Shown here one piece after another: positions 1-9,320 of a stretch of 64,000 bases of DNA (the stretch's first letter is position 1; each line of letters opens with the position of its first letter). The translations under genes and the position numbers were made by a program. The notes below the pieces were generated by a model. It saw only the letters and a program-made list of their open reading frames with translations, was not told where the DNA came from and ran no database searches. The stretch spans positions 26,622-90,621 of the forward strand of contig FR890370.1 of the NCBI GenBank assembly GCA_000432835.1, written 5' to 3'. Source of the DNA: Clostridium sp. CAG:417. Its GTDB lineage: Bacteria > Bacillota_I > Bacilli_A > RF39 > UBA660.

Positions 1-808
1 CAGCGGAAAAATAGTAGCGATGACAGGAGATGGAGTAAATGATGCTCCAGCTATTAAAGATGCTCATGTTGGTGTAGGAATGGGTATTACAGGCACTGAT
101 GTTACAAAGTCAGCTTCTGATATAGTATTAATGGATGATTCTTTTTCAACGATAGTCGTAGCAATTGAAGAAGGAAGAAGAATATATAATAATATTAGAA
201 ATAACATAGTATTTTCATTATCAAGTAATTTTGCTGAAATATTTACTATTATCATAGGGTTGTTTACTAAAACGACAATTTTATTACCAATTTATATTTT
301 ATTTATTGACTTAGTAACAGATTCTATTCCTAGTATATGTTTGTCCTTTGAAAAGAGTGAAGATGGCATAATGAATAAAAAACCAAGAGGAATAAACAAA
401 CCGTTATTTACACCATTTATTAAAGCTAGTATCGCATTTTCAGCTATAATTGAAACTCTGTTTGTAGTTCTTACTTATTTTATTAGTCTGAAAATGTATG
501 GACAAGAAACAGCTATGTCTTTAGCACTTCTTTCAATGGTAATACAAGAAATTGTTTATTCACTATCTTGTAGAAACTTAAAACAATCAGTTGTTAAACA
601 AGGATTATTTTCTAATAAAGCAATGAATTATGGACTATTATTAATAATTTTAATTGAACTTATAGTGTTTATTACACCAGTTGGAAAATTAATAAGTGTA
701 ACATCAATAAACATTAGTTTAATATTAGTAGTATTCTTAATAAATTTCATGGCAATATTTATTTATGAATTAATTAAGCCTTTATTAGTAAAATGTTTTA
801 AAGATTAA
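1..808 (+). CDS. P-type cation-transporting ATPase, C-terminal part (5' end lies outside the window)
   Basis: The frame stays open upstream of the listed ATG to base 2. It reads ..GKIVAMTGDGVNDAPAIKDAHVGVGMG, the P-type ATPase hinge motif. Several hydrophobic TM segments follow. Confidence 0.9.
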   Translation, partial: SGKIVAMTGDGVNDAPAIKDAHVGVGMGITGTDVTKSASDIVLMDDSFSTIVVAIEEGRRIYNNIRNNIVFSLSSNFAEIFTIIIGLFTKTTILLPIYILFIDLVTDSIPSICLSFEKSEDGIMNKKPRGINKPLFTPFIKASIAFSAIIETLFVVLTYFISLKMYGQETAMSLALLSMVIQEIVYSLSCRNLKQSVVKQGLFSNKAMNYGLLLIILIELIVFITPVGKLISVTSINISLILVVFLINFMAIFIYELIKPLLVKCFKD

Positions 809-997
809 AGTGTATTTTAAGAAGAAAGAAATTAAAAATACTAGTTTGAAGTTGTGATTATAACTAGCTTCATAAATAGTAATTTGAATTGAAATACTAT
901 ATAATATAAAATTATTACAATTGAGTATTAGTGTATAGATATTACTCCATTTTTGTTTTTATGTATTATTATTTTTACATGCTCAAAAAAATGATTA

Positions 998-1026
998 TTG
1001 AATAAAAATGTTGAAAATAATACAAT
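998..1026 (+). promoter_or_regulatory. Putative sigma-A promoter of the oleate hydratase gene
   Basis: TTGAAT (998-1003), a 17-nt spacer, then TACAAT (1021-1026), about 30 nt upstream of the ATG. Such matches occur easily by chance in AT-rich DNA. Confidence 0.35.
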
Positions 1027-1056
1027 TTAACTAATGATCAATAAGGAGGGATATTT

Positions 1057-2847
1057 ATGTATTATGGATCAGGAACATATGAAGCTTTTGCTCGTCCAGA
1101 AAAACCAGAAGGAGTAGATAAAAAATCTGCTTATATAATTGGTACAGGTTTAGCAGGACTTTCAGCAGCATTCTATTTAGTAAGAGATGGACAAATGAAA
1201 GGCGAACATATTCATTTGTTAGAAAAATTAGATTTAGCCGGTGGCTCATGTGATGGAAGAAAAGATGTCACTAAAGGCTTTTATATGCGTGGTGGACGTG
1301 AAATGGATAATCACTTTGAATGTATGTGGGATATGTTTAGAAGTGTTCCATCAATTGAAACCCCAAATGTTTCTGTATTAGATGAATATTATTGGCTTAA
1401 TAAACATGATCCGAATTATTCACTATGCAGGGCAACTATAAATTGTGGTGAAGATGCACATACTGATAAAATGTTTAAACTTGATAGAAAATCAGCACTT
1501 GCATTATCAAAATTATTTATTACTGCAGAAAAGGATTTAGAAAATAAAAAAATATCAGATGTATTGCCAGACTCATTTTGGGAAACAAATTTTTGGTTAT
1601 ATTGGCAAACAATGTTTGCATTTCAAAAATGGTCATCTGCATTAGAAATGAAAAGATATCTATGCAGATATGTTCATCATATAGATGGATTACCAGATTT
1701 TTCAGCTTTAAGATTTACAAAATATAATCAATATGAATCAATGATTTTACCCCTTACAAAATATTTAGAAAGTAATGGTGTAAAAATTGAATATGGAATA
1801 GATGTTAAAAATGTTATATTTGAATCTAAACAAAACAAAAAAGTAGCAACTCAAATTATATATGAAAATAAAGGCCTTGAAAAAACAATAGATTTAATAG
1901 AAGACGATTTAGTATTTATTACAAATGGTTGTTGTACAGATACATCTTGTTATGGAGATCAAAATAATGCACCAGATTTATCAAAAATAAAAAATGGAAA
2001 TGGTGAATCATGGGATTTATGGAAGAATATTGCTTCACAGGCTTCTAATGGTGAATTTGGTAATCCAGATAAATTCTGTGGTAATGTAGATTTAACAAAC
2101 TGGATGAGTGCGACTATAGAAGTAAGTGATGAAAATATAATTAAACACATTATAAATATATGTAAACGTGACCCAAGAAAAGGAAAGGTTACAACAGGAG
2201 GAATTGTAACTGTAAAAGATAGTACAGAAAATTGGTATTTATCTTGGACAATTAATAGACAACCACAATTTAAATCTCAAAATAAAAATAGTATTTTAGT
2301 TTGGGTATATGCTTTAAATACTACTAAGCAGGGTAATTTTATAGAAAAAGCAATAAAAACATGTACAGGAAAAGAAATATGTGAAGAATGGCTATATCAT
2401 ATAGGAATTCCAACTAATGAAATTGAAACGTATGCTGATAAATGTAATACAACAACATGCTATATGCCATATATAAATGCATTTTTCCAACCACGTGAAG
2501 AAAAAGATAGACCACTTGTAGTACCAAAAGAATCCATTAACTTTGCATTTGTTGGACAATTCGCAGAAACACCAAGAGATACAATATTTACTACAGAATA
2601 TTCAATACGTACAGGTATGGAAGCTGTTTATACACTTTTAAAAATTGATAGAGCTGTGCCAGAAGTTTGGGGTAGTAAATATGATGTTAGAGAACTATTA
2701 AAAGCATGTTACTATGCTGTAGATAAAAAGCCAGTTGATGAGCTTCCATTAACATTTGCTGAAAAGCAAGCTATAAAAATAGTTGAAAAGAAAATTAAAG
2801 GAACTGATCTTGAAATATTATTTAAAGAAAGTGGTTTATTTAAATAA
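1057..2847 (+). CDS. ohyA: Oleate hydratase (myosin-cross-reactive antigen family, FAD-dependent)
   Basis: 596-aa ORF. The N-terminus MYYGSGTYEAFARPEKPEGVD..YIIGTGLAGLSAAFYL (GxGxxG) is characteristic of the MCRA/oleate hydratase family. RBS AAGGAGGG lies upstream. Confidence 0.9.
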   Translation: MYYGSGTYEAFARPEKPEGVDKKSAYIIGTGLAGLSAAFYLVRDGQMKGEHIHLLEKLDLAGGSCDGRKDVTKGFYMRGGREMDNHFECMWDMFRSVPSIETPNVSVLDEYYWLNKHDPNYSLCRATINCGEDAHTDKMFKLDRKSALALSKLFITAEKDLENKKISDVLPDSFWETNFWLYWQTMFAFQKWSSALEMKRYLCRYVHHIDGLPDFSALRFTKYNQYESMILPLTKYLESNGVKIEYGIDVKNVIFESKQNKKVATQIIYENKGLEKTIDLIEDDLVFITNGCCTDTSCYGDQNNAPDLSKIKNGNGESWDLWKNIASQASNGEFGNPDKFCGNVDLTNWMSATIEVSDENIIKHIINICKRDPRKGKVTTGGIVTVKDSTENWYLSWTINRQPQFKSQNKNSILVWVYALNTTKQGNFIEKAIKTCTGKEICEEWLYHIGIPTNEIETYADKCNTTTCYMPYINAFFQPREEKDRPLVVPKESINFAFVGQFAETPRDTIFTTEYSIRTGMEAVYTLLKIDRAVPEVWGSKYDVRELLKACYYAVDKKPVDELPLTFAEKQAIKIVEKKIKGTDLEILFKESGLFK

Positions 2848-2852
2848 AAATT

Positions 2853-2884
2853 AAATATGAAATATTTATTTCATATTTTTTTAA
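2853..2884 (+). terminator. Rho-independent terminator after ohyA
   Basis: AAATATGAAAT / ATTTCATATTT 11-bp stem with a 4-nt loop, followed by a T-run. Confidence 0.7.
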
Positions 2885-2911
2885 TGTATAATATATTATG
2901 GGTGATAAATA

Positions 2912-3466
2912 ATGAGCAGTTTAACTACAAAGAAAGCAATAGCATATACATTTAAAGATTTATTAAAAGAAAAACCTTTCAATAAAATAACAATTAATGA
3001 TATTGCGAATAAATGTGATATAAATAGACAAACTTTTTATTATCATTTTCAAGACATTAGAGATTTAATTGAGTGGATTTGCATAGATGAAGTTGATAAT
3101 ATATTAGAGAAAAAAGATGAATGTGAAAAATGGGAAGATAAATTTTTACTTATTTTTAAAATAATGGAGGAAGAAAAAATCTTCGTAAAGAATATTTATT
3201 ATTCTGTTTCTGTAGAAGTACTAAGAAGTAATTTGTATAGATTAGTGTATCCTATAATATATAGTGAAATACTTGAAAAATCTAAAGGAAAAAATTTACG
3301 AGAAGAAGATAAAAAATTTATAACAGATTTTTATAAATATTCATTTGTTTCTATAGTTTTAAATTGGATAGATAATGGAATGCATGAAAATCCTGGACTA
3401 ATTGTTGCTAAAGTGAGTAGACTTATTACTGGTACAATTGATCATGCCTGTTTATCTGTAAACTGA
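2912..3466 (+). CDS. TetR/AcrR family transcriptional regulator
   Basis: The N-terminal HTH segment ITINDIANKCDINRQTFYYHFQD is typical of TetR-family (DhaS-like) regulators. The gene sits next to ohyA. Confidence 0.85.
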   Translation: MSSLTTKKAIAYTFKDLLKEKPFNKITINDIANKCDINRQTFYYHFQDIRDLIEWICIDEVDNILEKKDECEKWEDKFLLIFKIMEEEKIFVKNIYYSVSVEVLRSNLYRLVYPIIYSEILEKSKGKNLREEDKKFITDFYKYSFVSIVLNWIDNGMHENPGLIVAKVSRLITGTIDHACLSVN

Positions 3467-3605
3467 AGAAATATATATAATGATTTTGAACTTGATAAAA
3501 ATTCACCTGCCGAGAAATTCTCGATAGTTCAAAAAGAAGAAAATAGGATTTTTATAAGAAATAATTTCAGTTATATAGTTTGCTACTAAAATATGGAGGT
3601 ATAAG

Positions 3606-4169
3606 ATGCAGTTAAAATATATAAATTATTCTAAGATCAAGAAAAAGAAAAAATTCCAAAATATATATCTAAGCTCATTTGATAAAGATGAGCGTTTTCC
3701 ACTTTGGATATTAAGACTTTGTGCCAAAGAGAAAAATGTAGAATTTAATGGTATCTTTGATAACGAAGAATTAATAGGACTAGAATATATAGTTAACTGT
3801 GAAAATTTTACATATTTGATGTATTTAGCCGTAGAAAAAAATAAAAGGAAAAAAGGATATGGTTCTAAAATATTAGCTGATTTATTAAATAAACATGAAA
3901 CAGTAATACTTAGTATAGAAAGACCTCTAAAAGATATTTATGATGAAAAAACACTTCGAAAAGAATTTTATCTCAAAAACGGTTTTTATGAGACTAATAA
4001 ATTCATTGAAGATGGTGGCGTTCAATATGAAATATTAAGTTCGACTAAAGAATTTACTATTACTCCAGAAAAAATGGCTGAAAAATATAATAAAATGACA
4101 AAAAATAAACTTTTAAATAGGCTAATTAAGAAAATGTATAATCTTGAAAATACCAATTTTATCAAGTAG
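3606..4169 (+). CDS. GNAT family N-acetyltransferase
   Basis: Acetyl-CoA motif-A-like segment LAVEKNKRKKGYGSKIL. Size and layout fit GNAT. Confidence 0.7.
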   Translation: MQLKYINYSKIKKKKKFQNIYLSSFDKDERFPLWILRLCAKEKNVEFNGIFDNEELIGLEYIVNCENFTYLMYLAVEKNKRKKGYGSKILADLLNKHETVILSIERPLKDIYDEKTLRKEFYLKNGFYETNKFIEDGGVQYEILSSTKEFTITPEKMAEKYNKMTKNKLLNRLIKKMYNLENTNFIK

Positions 4170-4227
4170 ACAGTTAAAAGTATTGTAAGATAAAATGTAA
4201 AAGACAATCTAGAAAGGATCTAAACTT

Positions 4228-4734
4228 ATGTATAAATGGGAATATAAAACTCCAGAAGGATATGACGATTTAATAATGAATAGTGATGGCACTTATTTAA
4301 CATGTCTATGTTTTAAAAACTCCTCTGATATAAAGAAGTTAAAAGAAAATAGTAAGACAAAAGACTTACCTATTTTCAAAGAAACAGCCAAATGGTTAGA
4401 TATATACTTTAGCGGGCAAGTACCTGATTTTACTCCTAAATATAAAATAGAAAATCTAACTGACTTTAGAAAAGAAGTTATTGATATCATGAATAAAATA
4501 CCATATGGTAAAACAACCACCTATAGCGTCATTGCACAAGAAATTGCCACCTCAAGACATATTTCTAAAATGTCTAGTCAAGCAGTAGGAGGTGCGGTAG
4601 GTTGGAATAAAATTTGTCTAATTATCCCTTGCCACAGAGTCATCGGAAAAAATAATGAGCTAGTTGGTTATGGTGGAGGGCTAAAAAATAAATTATTATT
4701 ACTAGAATTAGAAAAGGAAAGTGTAAATAAGTAA
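4228..4734 (+). CDS. ogt: Methylated-DNA--protein-cysteine methyltransferase
   Basis: Active-site IPCHRVIG (PCHRV) and a C-terminal DNA-binding domain pattern. Confidence 0.9.
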   Translation: MYKWEYKTPEGYDDLIMNSDGTYLTCLCFKNSSDIKKLKENSKTKDLPIFKETAKWLDIYFSGQVPDFTPKYKIENLTDFRKEVIDIMNKIPYGKTTTYSVIAQEIATSRHISKMSSQAVGGAVGWNKICLIIPCHRVIGKNNELVGYGGGLKNKLLLLELEKESVNK

Positions 4735-4810
4735 AAAAAAGGCCGCAAATAATTAATATGCCTATAAAAAACAATTCATTTTTGATACAATAAAAAAGTA
4801 AGGAGAATTT

Positions 4811-5074
4811 ATGTTAGAAAATATATTATTAGGAATAGTAACAATGTGTACTATGATTTCTTATTTGCCACAAACAGTAAAGCTAATAAAAACAAAAAAG
4901 TCAAACGACTTAAGCCTAAAATCATGGATACTTTGGGTCGTAAGCAGTCTGTCATATACGTTATATGCACTACTTTGTAGTGATGAAGTAATGCTTTTAG
5001 TAGAAACATCAGTAGAATTCTTTTTCTGCTTGTTAATTCTTTCTTTAGCAGTCAAGTATCGTAAAAATAAATAA
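4811..5074 (+). CDS. PQ-loop / SemiSWEET-type small membrane transporter
   Basis: 87 aa with three predicted TM helices and the PQ motif in SYLPQTVKLIKTK. Confidence 0.7.
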   Translation: MLENILLGIVTMCTMISYLPQTVKLIKTKKSNDLSLKSWILWVVSSLSYTLYALLCSDEVMLLVETSVEFFFCLLILSLAVKYRKNK

Positions 5075-5103
5075 GTTATTTTAATAGGAGTAAAAGTAGT
5101 AGT

Positions 5104-5742
5104 ATGAAAGAAAAATATAAAAATTATATAGAGAATGATTGTTCATTTGATACAAAAAGTTGGTTAGGAATTTTTTGCCTTTTAATAGTAATAGCTGGTG
5201 TTTTTGGCTTTTTATATGAATTTATCTTTTATTATTTCAATGGTGGAATGAAACAATTTTATTGGCGAGGAGGTAATTTCTGCCCATGGATAAATATCTA
5301 TGCCACCGGCTCAATTATAGTTTTTATTCTAACTTACAAATACAGAAAAACCCCTTTAAAAGTTTTTTTAATAAGCACAATATCTTGTGGTATATTGGAA
5401 TATTTTTCTGGTCTTGGAATGTATATTATTGGTAATGGAAAAAGATGCTGGGATTATAACTCTGAAATATTAAACTTTGGAAATATTGGTGGCTTTGTTT
5501 GTCTTAGAAGTGTGCTTTTTTTTGGACTATCAAGTTTGTTATTAATCTACGCAATCATTCCTTTATGTTTTTATCTTGCTAAAAAAATGAATAAAAAAGT
5601 TTTTTTAACTATCAGTATCTTACTTTGTAGTATAATACTATTTGATGAATTTTATAATCTTATATTTGCGAGAGTACTTCATCTACCAAGAGCATATGAC
5701 GTCTATAGTAAATTGGGTTTCAAATATGTCAAGTTTAAATAG
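5104..5742 (+). CDS. Polytopic membrane protein, DUF1113-like ('putative ABC-transporter type IV')
   Basis: Multiple TM segments. The CWDYNSE...GG motif resembles that family from memory. Confidence 0.5.
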   Translation: MKEKYKNYIENDCSFDTKSWLGIFCLLIVIAGVFGFLYEFIFYYFNGGMKQFYWRGGNFCPWINIYATGSIIVFILTYKYRKTPLKVFLISTISCGILEYFSGLGMYIIGNGKRCWDYNSEILNFGNIGGFVCLRSVLFFGLSSLLLIYAIIPLCFYLAKKMNKKVFLTISILLCSIILFDEFYNLIFARVLHLPRAYDVYSKLGFKYVKFK

Positions 5743-5752
5743 GAGATAATTT

Positions 5753-6379
5753 ATGAAAATAGTAAAACCTAAGATAACAAATATTACCAAGAAAGATATT
5801 AAAAGCTGTTTTGCAACACAAGAGTTTTTTGAAGCAGAACTAGAAAATGAAACACCAACCAATTTAACAATCAGTGATATAAATATTGATAGTTGCTCAT
5901 TTAAAAATGTAGATTTCAGTAATATAAGTTTAGCATCAGTTGACATATTAGATTCTATCTTTGAAGATTGTGATCTCTCTAATCAGAATTTTAATAAACA
6001 ATTTATTGACAGAGTAATCTTTAAAAACTGTAAGTTATTAGGAACAACTTTTATAGATTCAAACATTAGAAATGTCCAATTTATAGATTGTAATTGCCGT
6101 TATATAAATTTTAGTGGAGCAGATATAAATAATCTTCATATTGTTAATAGTACTTTTCAAAACTCATCTTTTAATGAAACAAAAACAAAAGAGGTATTAT
6201 TGGAAGAAACAATTTTCGAAGGAAGCGAATTTGCTGGAGCAACATTAAAAAACGTTGACTTTACAACTTGTAATATTAATGGGGCAATTTTTGATCAAAA
6301 GTCCCTTAAGAACATAATAGTCAATAATTTTCAAGCCGCAAGTATAGCTACTATGTTTGGTGTAATAGTAAAAGACTAG
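5753..6379 (+). CDS. Pentapeptide-repeat protein, Qnr/MfpA-like size and layout
   Basis: 208 aa, almost entirely A(D/N)LxX-type pentapeptide repeats (CSFKNVDFSNISLASVDILDSIFEDCDLSNQNF...). The C-terminus resembles Gram-positive Qnr-like proteins. Confidence 0.8.
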   Translation: MKIVKPKITNITKKDIKSCFATQEFFEAELENETPTNLTISDINIDSCSFKNVDFSNISLASVDILDSIFEDCDLSNQNFNKQFIDRVIFKNCKLLGTTFIDSNIRNVQFIDCNCRYINFSGADINNLHIVNSTFQNSSFNETKTKEVLLEETIFEGSEFAGATLKNVDFTTCNINGAIFDQKSLKNIIVNNFQAASIATMFGVIVKD

Positions 6380-6424
6380 TAAAATTTATCAAGTACATAT
6401 GAACAAACAAAAAGCCATCAACAG

Positions 6425-7735
6425 TTAACGCGTTGTTGTCTTTTTTAAATTTCTTATTCTCTCAATACCTAGTCCTATAGTCAAGAATACTAAAATATGT
6501 AATATGTAAGCATATCTTGGAGATATTTCAATAAACATGTAAACACAATAATAAATTCCAATAATAACTTTTAGTAAAAGTAACTCTTTATTAGTTTTCT
6601 TTCTTTCAGGAAAGAGACTAATAATAAATAATATCATAATAAAATTAAGAAAAGCTTGATTAAATAACAAAATGAAATTATATAAATTAGAATTGATGTT
6701 ATTTAAAAGCTGTATATCATAATTTGTTTGTGTCCAAAGTATTACTTCTTTCTTTAAAAATAAAACTGGTAATTTGACATTTTCCTCTTTAATTCTTGTT
6801 TTTAGTAACTCTTTTTTATTATTAGAAGAAAAATATATCTTATCATCATTTTCGTTATAAATACCATTATGTTCATAGTTAAGACCACAATAAAATTTCC
6901 ATTCTGAAGCATTATTTTTGAGCGATGTATGAAGAGGTGAAATAAGAATTAGTCCATTAAAAGCTATCAATACAAGAGTATAAGATAGTACTAAAAGGAT
7001 AGAGTTTATAATCTTTTTTTTAGCAATAAGATCTTCTAAAAAGAGATTATAAATAATAATACTTAAAATAATAATTATTGATTCCGTCCTAAGTACATTA
7101 GCAACTGCTAAAATAATTCCAATTATTACTGAAAGCTTATAGCTATTCTTTTTAGTAATCAATAAATAGATAGTTATTAATACGAGAAGGGAAGGAATAT
7201 GTTGATTCGTTAAAACAGAGTTCAAATAGATAGGATATAAGAAAAATAAGTATAACAAGGAAACACACCTTGCTGTCTTTTCACTAAATAACTTTTTACT
7301 TATCAAATAAATAAAGAGTACAATAAACGAGGTTACCAAAGAATTAACAATCTTTAAAAACAATACGCTATTAATAATCTTCAATAATGCTCCCTGATAC
7401 AAGACATGGCCTAATTGATAACTAAATATTTTAAAATATGAACTTTTTAAGAATTCCAAATTATGAACAATCAAATCTCGACTTGCCTCATACATAGTTT
7501 TAAAATCATCAACTATATTAACTTTTAAATAAAAAACACTAATTAATCTAATTATTAAGGCTAGTATAAAAATAAAGATAGCATAGTTTCTAATTTTCAT
7601 TTTACGAACAATAAATAACAGGACTATAAATAAGGGAATAATAATTAGAGTAGAAATTTTATTTGTAAAAAATAATAACAAAATAGCAAATAAAAAAAAT
7701 AAAATATATTCACAAATCATAATAAACTTCTTCAT
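6425..7735 (-). CDS. Polytopic membrane glycosyltransferase-like protein (GT-C / ArnT-PMT-like)
   Basis: More than 10 TM segments with a long loop. The likely start is MKKFIM (7735), preceded by AGAAGGA. The longer ORF-track start overlaps that RBS. Confidence 0.5.
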   Translation of the reverse strand: MKKFIMICEYILFFLFAILLLFFTNKISTLIIIPLFIVLLFIVRKMKIRNYAIFIFILALIIRLISVFYLKVNIVDDFKTMYEASRDLIVHNLEFLKSSYFKIFSYQLGHVLYQGALLKIINSVLFLKIVNSLVTSFIVLFIYLISKKLFSEKTARCVSLLYLFFLYPIYLNSVLTNQHIPSLLVLITIYLLITKKNSYKLSVIIGIILAVANVLRTESIIIILSIIIYNLFLEDLIAKKKIINSILLVLSYTLVLIAFNGLILISPLHTSLKNNASEWKFYCGLNYEHNGIYNENDDKIYFSSNNKKELLKTRIKEENVKLPVLFLKKEVILWTQTNYDIQLLNNINSNLYNFILLFNQAFLNFIMILFIISLFPERKKTNKELLLLKVIIGIYYCVYMFIEISPRYAYILHILVFLTIGLGIERIRNLKKTTTR

Positions 7736-7824
7736 ATCAAAACATCCTTCTTTATTTAAATATAACATACCTAACATTTCTTTTCAATTGCATTTATGTT
7801 ATACTAAAAAAGGATGGTGATAAC

Positions 7825-9282
7825 ATGAAATCTCTTATAAATAAAAGAAATTTACTGATTATTTTAATCACTTTTATTTTTCTTTTTTTAACCCATTTAC
7901 CGTTAATGACAAAAAATATTTTGAGTGCCGATATCCTTTTAAATAATGTTTTTTATAATGGCTACTCCTGGGAAATATCTCTAGGAAGATTTGGACTATA
8001 TGTAGTAGGACTATTAAAATGTTTTTTAACAATACCGCATATTGATATTTTGATAAGTTACTTTATAATATCCATCAGTCTAGTAATATTATTTGACTTA
8101 TTTTCCTTTAGAAAAAAAGAAGATATTATTTTGTACATTCTAATAATTTGCTTAAATCCTATTACTTCAGCAACCCTACTTTTTGATTACTGTTCAATAG
8201 GCTACACCCTAGCTTTCCTTTGTAGTATTTTATCCATTTATGTATATTATAAAGAAGAAAATAAAATAAAAAAATATCTCTTTTCTTTAATTCTGATCGT
8301 AGTAGCACTTTCCATGTATCAAGCATATTTATCAGTAATAGTTACAACATTTATAATATATAATATAAAGTTACTTCTTGAAAAAAAGGAAAACTTCAAA
8401 CTATCTTTAAAATATATATTAACTCTATTAATGGGGGCCCTATTATATTTTATCATAATGAAAATTTCTCTTTTAGTATTCCATGTTAATATGAGTAATT
8501 ATAGTGGAGCAGATAAAATAGGATTACAAACATTACTATCTATTCCCAAGAAAATAGGCCTAAGCTATAAGCTGTTCTATGAATATTATTTCACAGACAA
8601 GATAGTAAAAAACATATATATAAAAAATAATATATTAAATATTTTTCTACTTATTTTATTAATTATTGGAGTTGTATTTCAAATTTTTAAGAACAATTTA
8701 TCACCAAAGAAAAAAGTCTTAACCTTACTATTAGTTTTAGCATTACCTATATTTTTAAATAGTATAATTTTTACAATAAATGATACAAAACTTCAGTTGT
8801 TAATGAGTGCATCATACCTTCTAATACCATTACTATTAATTACTACCATGCCTGAAAATAAAATGAAATACTTAAGTATTATAGTAATTATCCTTCTTCT
8901 TAGAAATAACCTTATTCAAACCCAAGCAACATACTTATCTTTAGAAAATACTTTTAACAAATATAATACCGTAATCACTAGCGCCATTAAAGAAAATATC
9001 AACCATCAAAATTATAAATTTGCTCTTATAGGTAGTACAAAAAATGAAACAGAAATTAACAAATTAAATTATGGCTTTATTAGCGATGATGCTATATTCT
9101 GGGAAGAGTATAACCTTAAAAAACTTGGCTTTGAAAGATTTTGTTATGAATATTATGGATTAAATTTAACCTTTGTGAGTGAGGAAGATTACGACAAAAT
9201 AAAGCAACGAGAAAATAAGAACCAAGAAATTATATATACATATGATGATATTATTGTAATTGATTTGTCATACTTGCATTAG
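7825..9282 (+). CDS. Polytopic membrane protein, GtrII-like glucosyltransferase family candidate
   Basis: 485 aa with many TM helices. The early motif SWEISLGRFGLY resembles Glucos_trans_II proteins. It is divergent from the preceding GT-C-like gene. Confidence 0.45.
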   Translation: MKSLINKRNLLIILITFIFLFLTHLPLMTKNILSADILLNNVFYNGYSWEISLGRFGLYVVGLLKCFLTIPHIDILISYFIISISLVILFDLFSFRKKEDIILYILIICLNPITSATLLFDYCSIGYTLAFLCSILSIYVYYKEENKIKKYLFSLILIVVALSMYQAYLSVIVTTFIIYNIKLLLEKKENFKLSLKYILTLLMGALLYFIIMKISLLVFHVNMSNYSGADKIGLQTLLSIPKKIGLSYKLFYEYYFTDKIVKNIYIKNNILNIFLLILLIIGVVFQIFKNNLSPKKKVLTLLLVLALPIFLNSIIFTINDTKLQLLMSASYLLIPLLLITTMPENKMKYLSIIVIILLLRNNLIQTQATYLSLENTFNKYNTVITSAIKENINHQNYKFALIGSTKNETEINKLNYGFISDDAIFWEEYNLKKLGFERFCYEYYGLNLTFVSEEDYDKIKQRENKNQEIIYTYDDIIVIDLSYLH

Positions 9283-9320
9283 AAAACATATTAAAGTATA
9301 ATTATACTATTGTTAGGAGA

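Noticed and set aside
3480-3530. A nested inverted repeat (TGAACT...AGTTCA with inner GAGAA-T-TTCTC) after the TetR gene.
   Set aside because: There is no following T-run and the inner loop is too small. I cannot tell a weak terminator from an operator or chance symmetry.
5683-5946. An 87-aa minus-strand ORF bridging the DUF1113-like and pentapeptide genes. A similar one lies at 12626-12892.
   Set aside because: It overlaps two well-supported + strand genes and their intergenic region. It has no RBS and a low-complexity translation.
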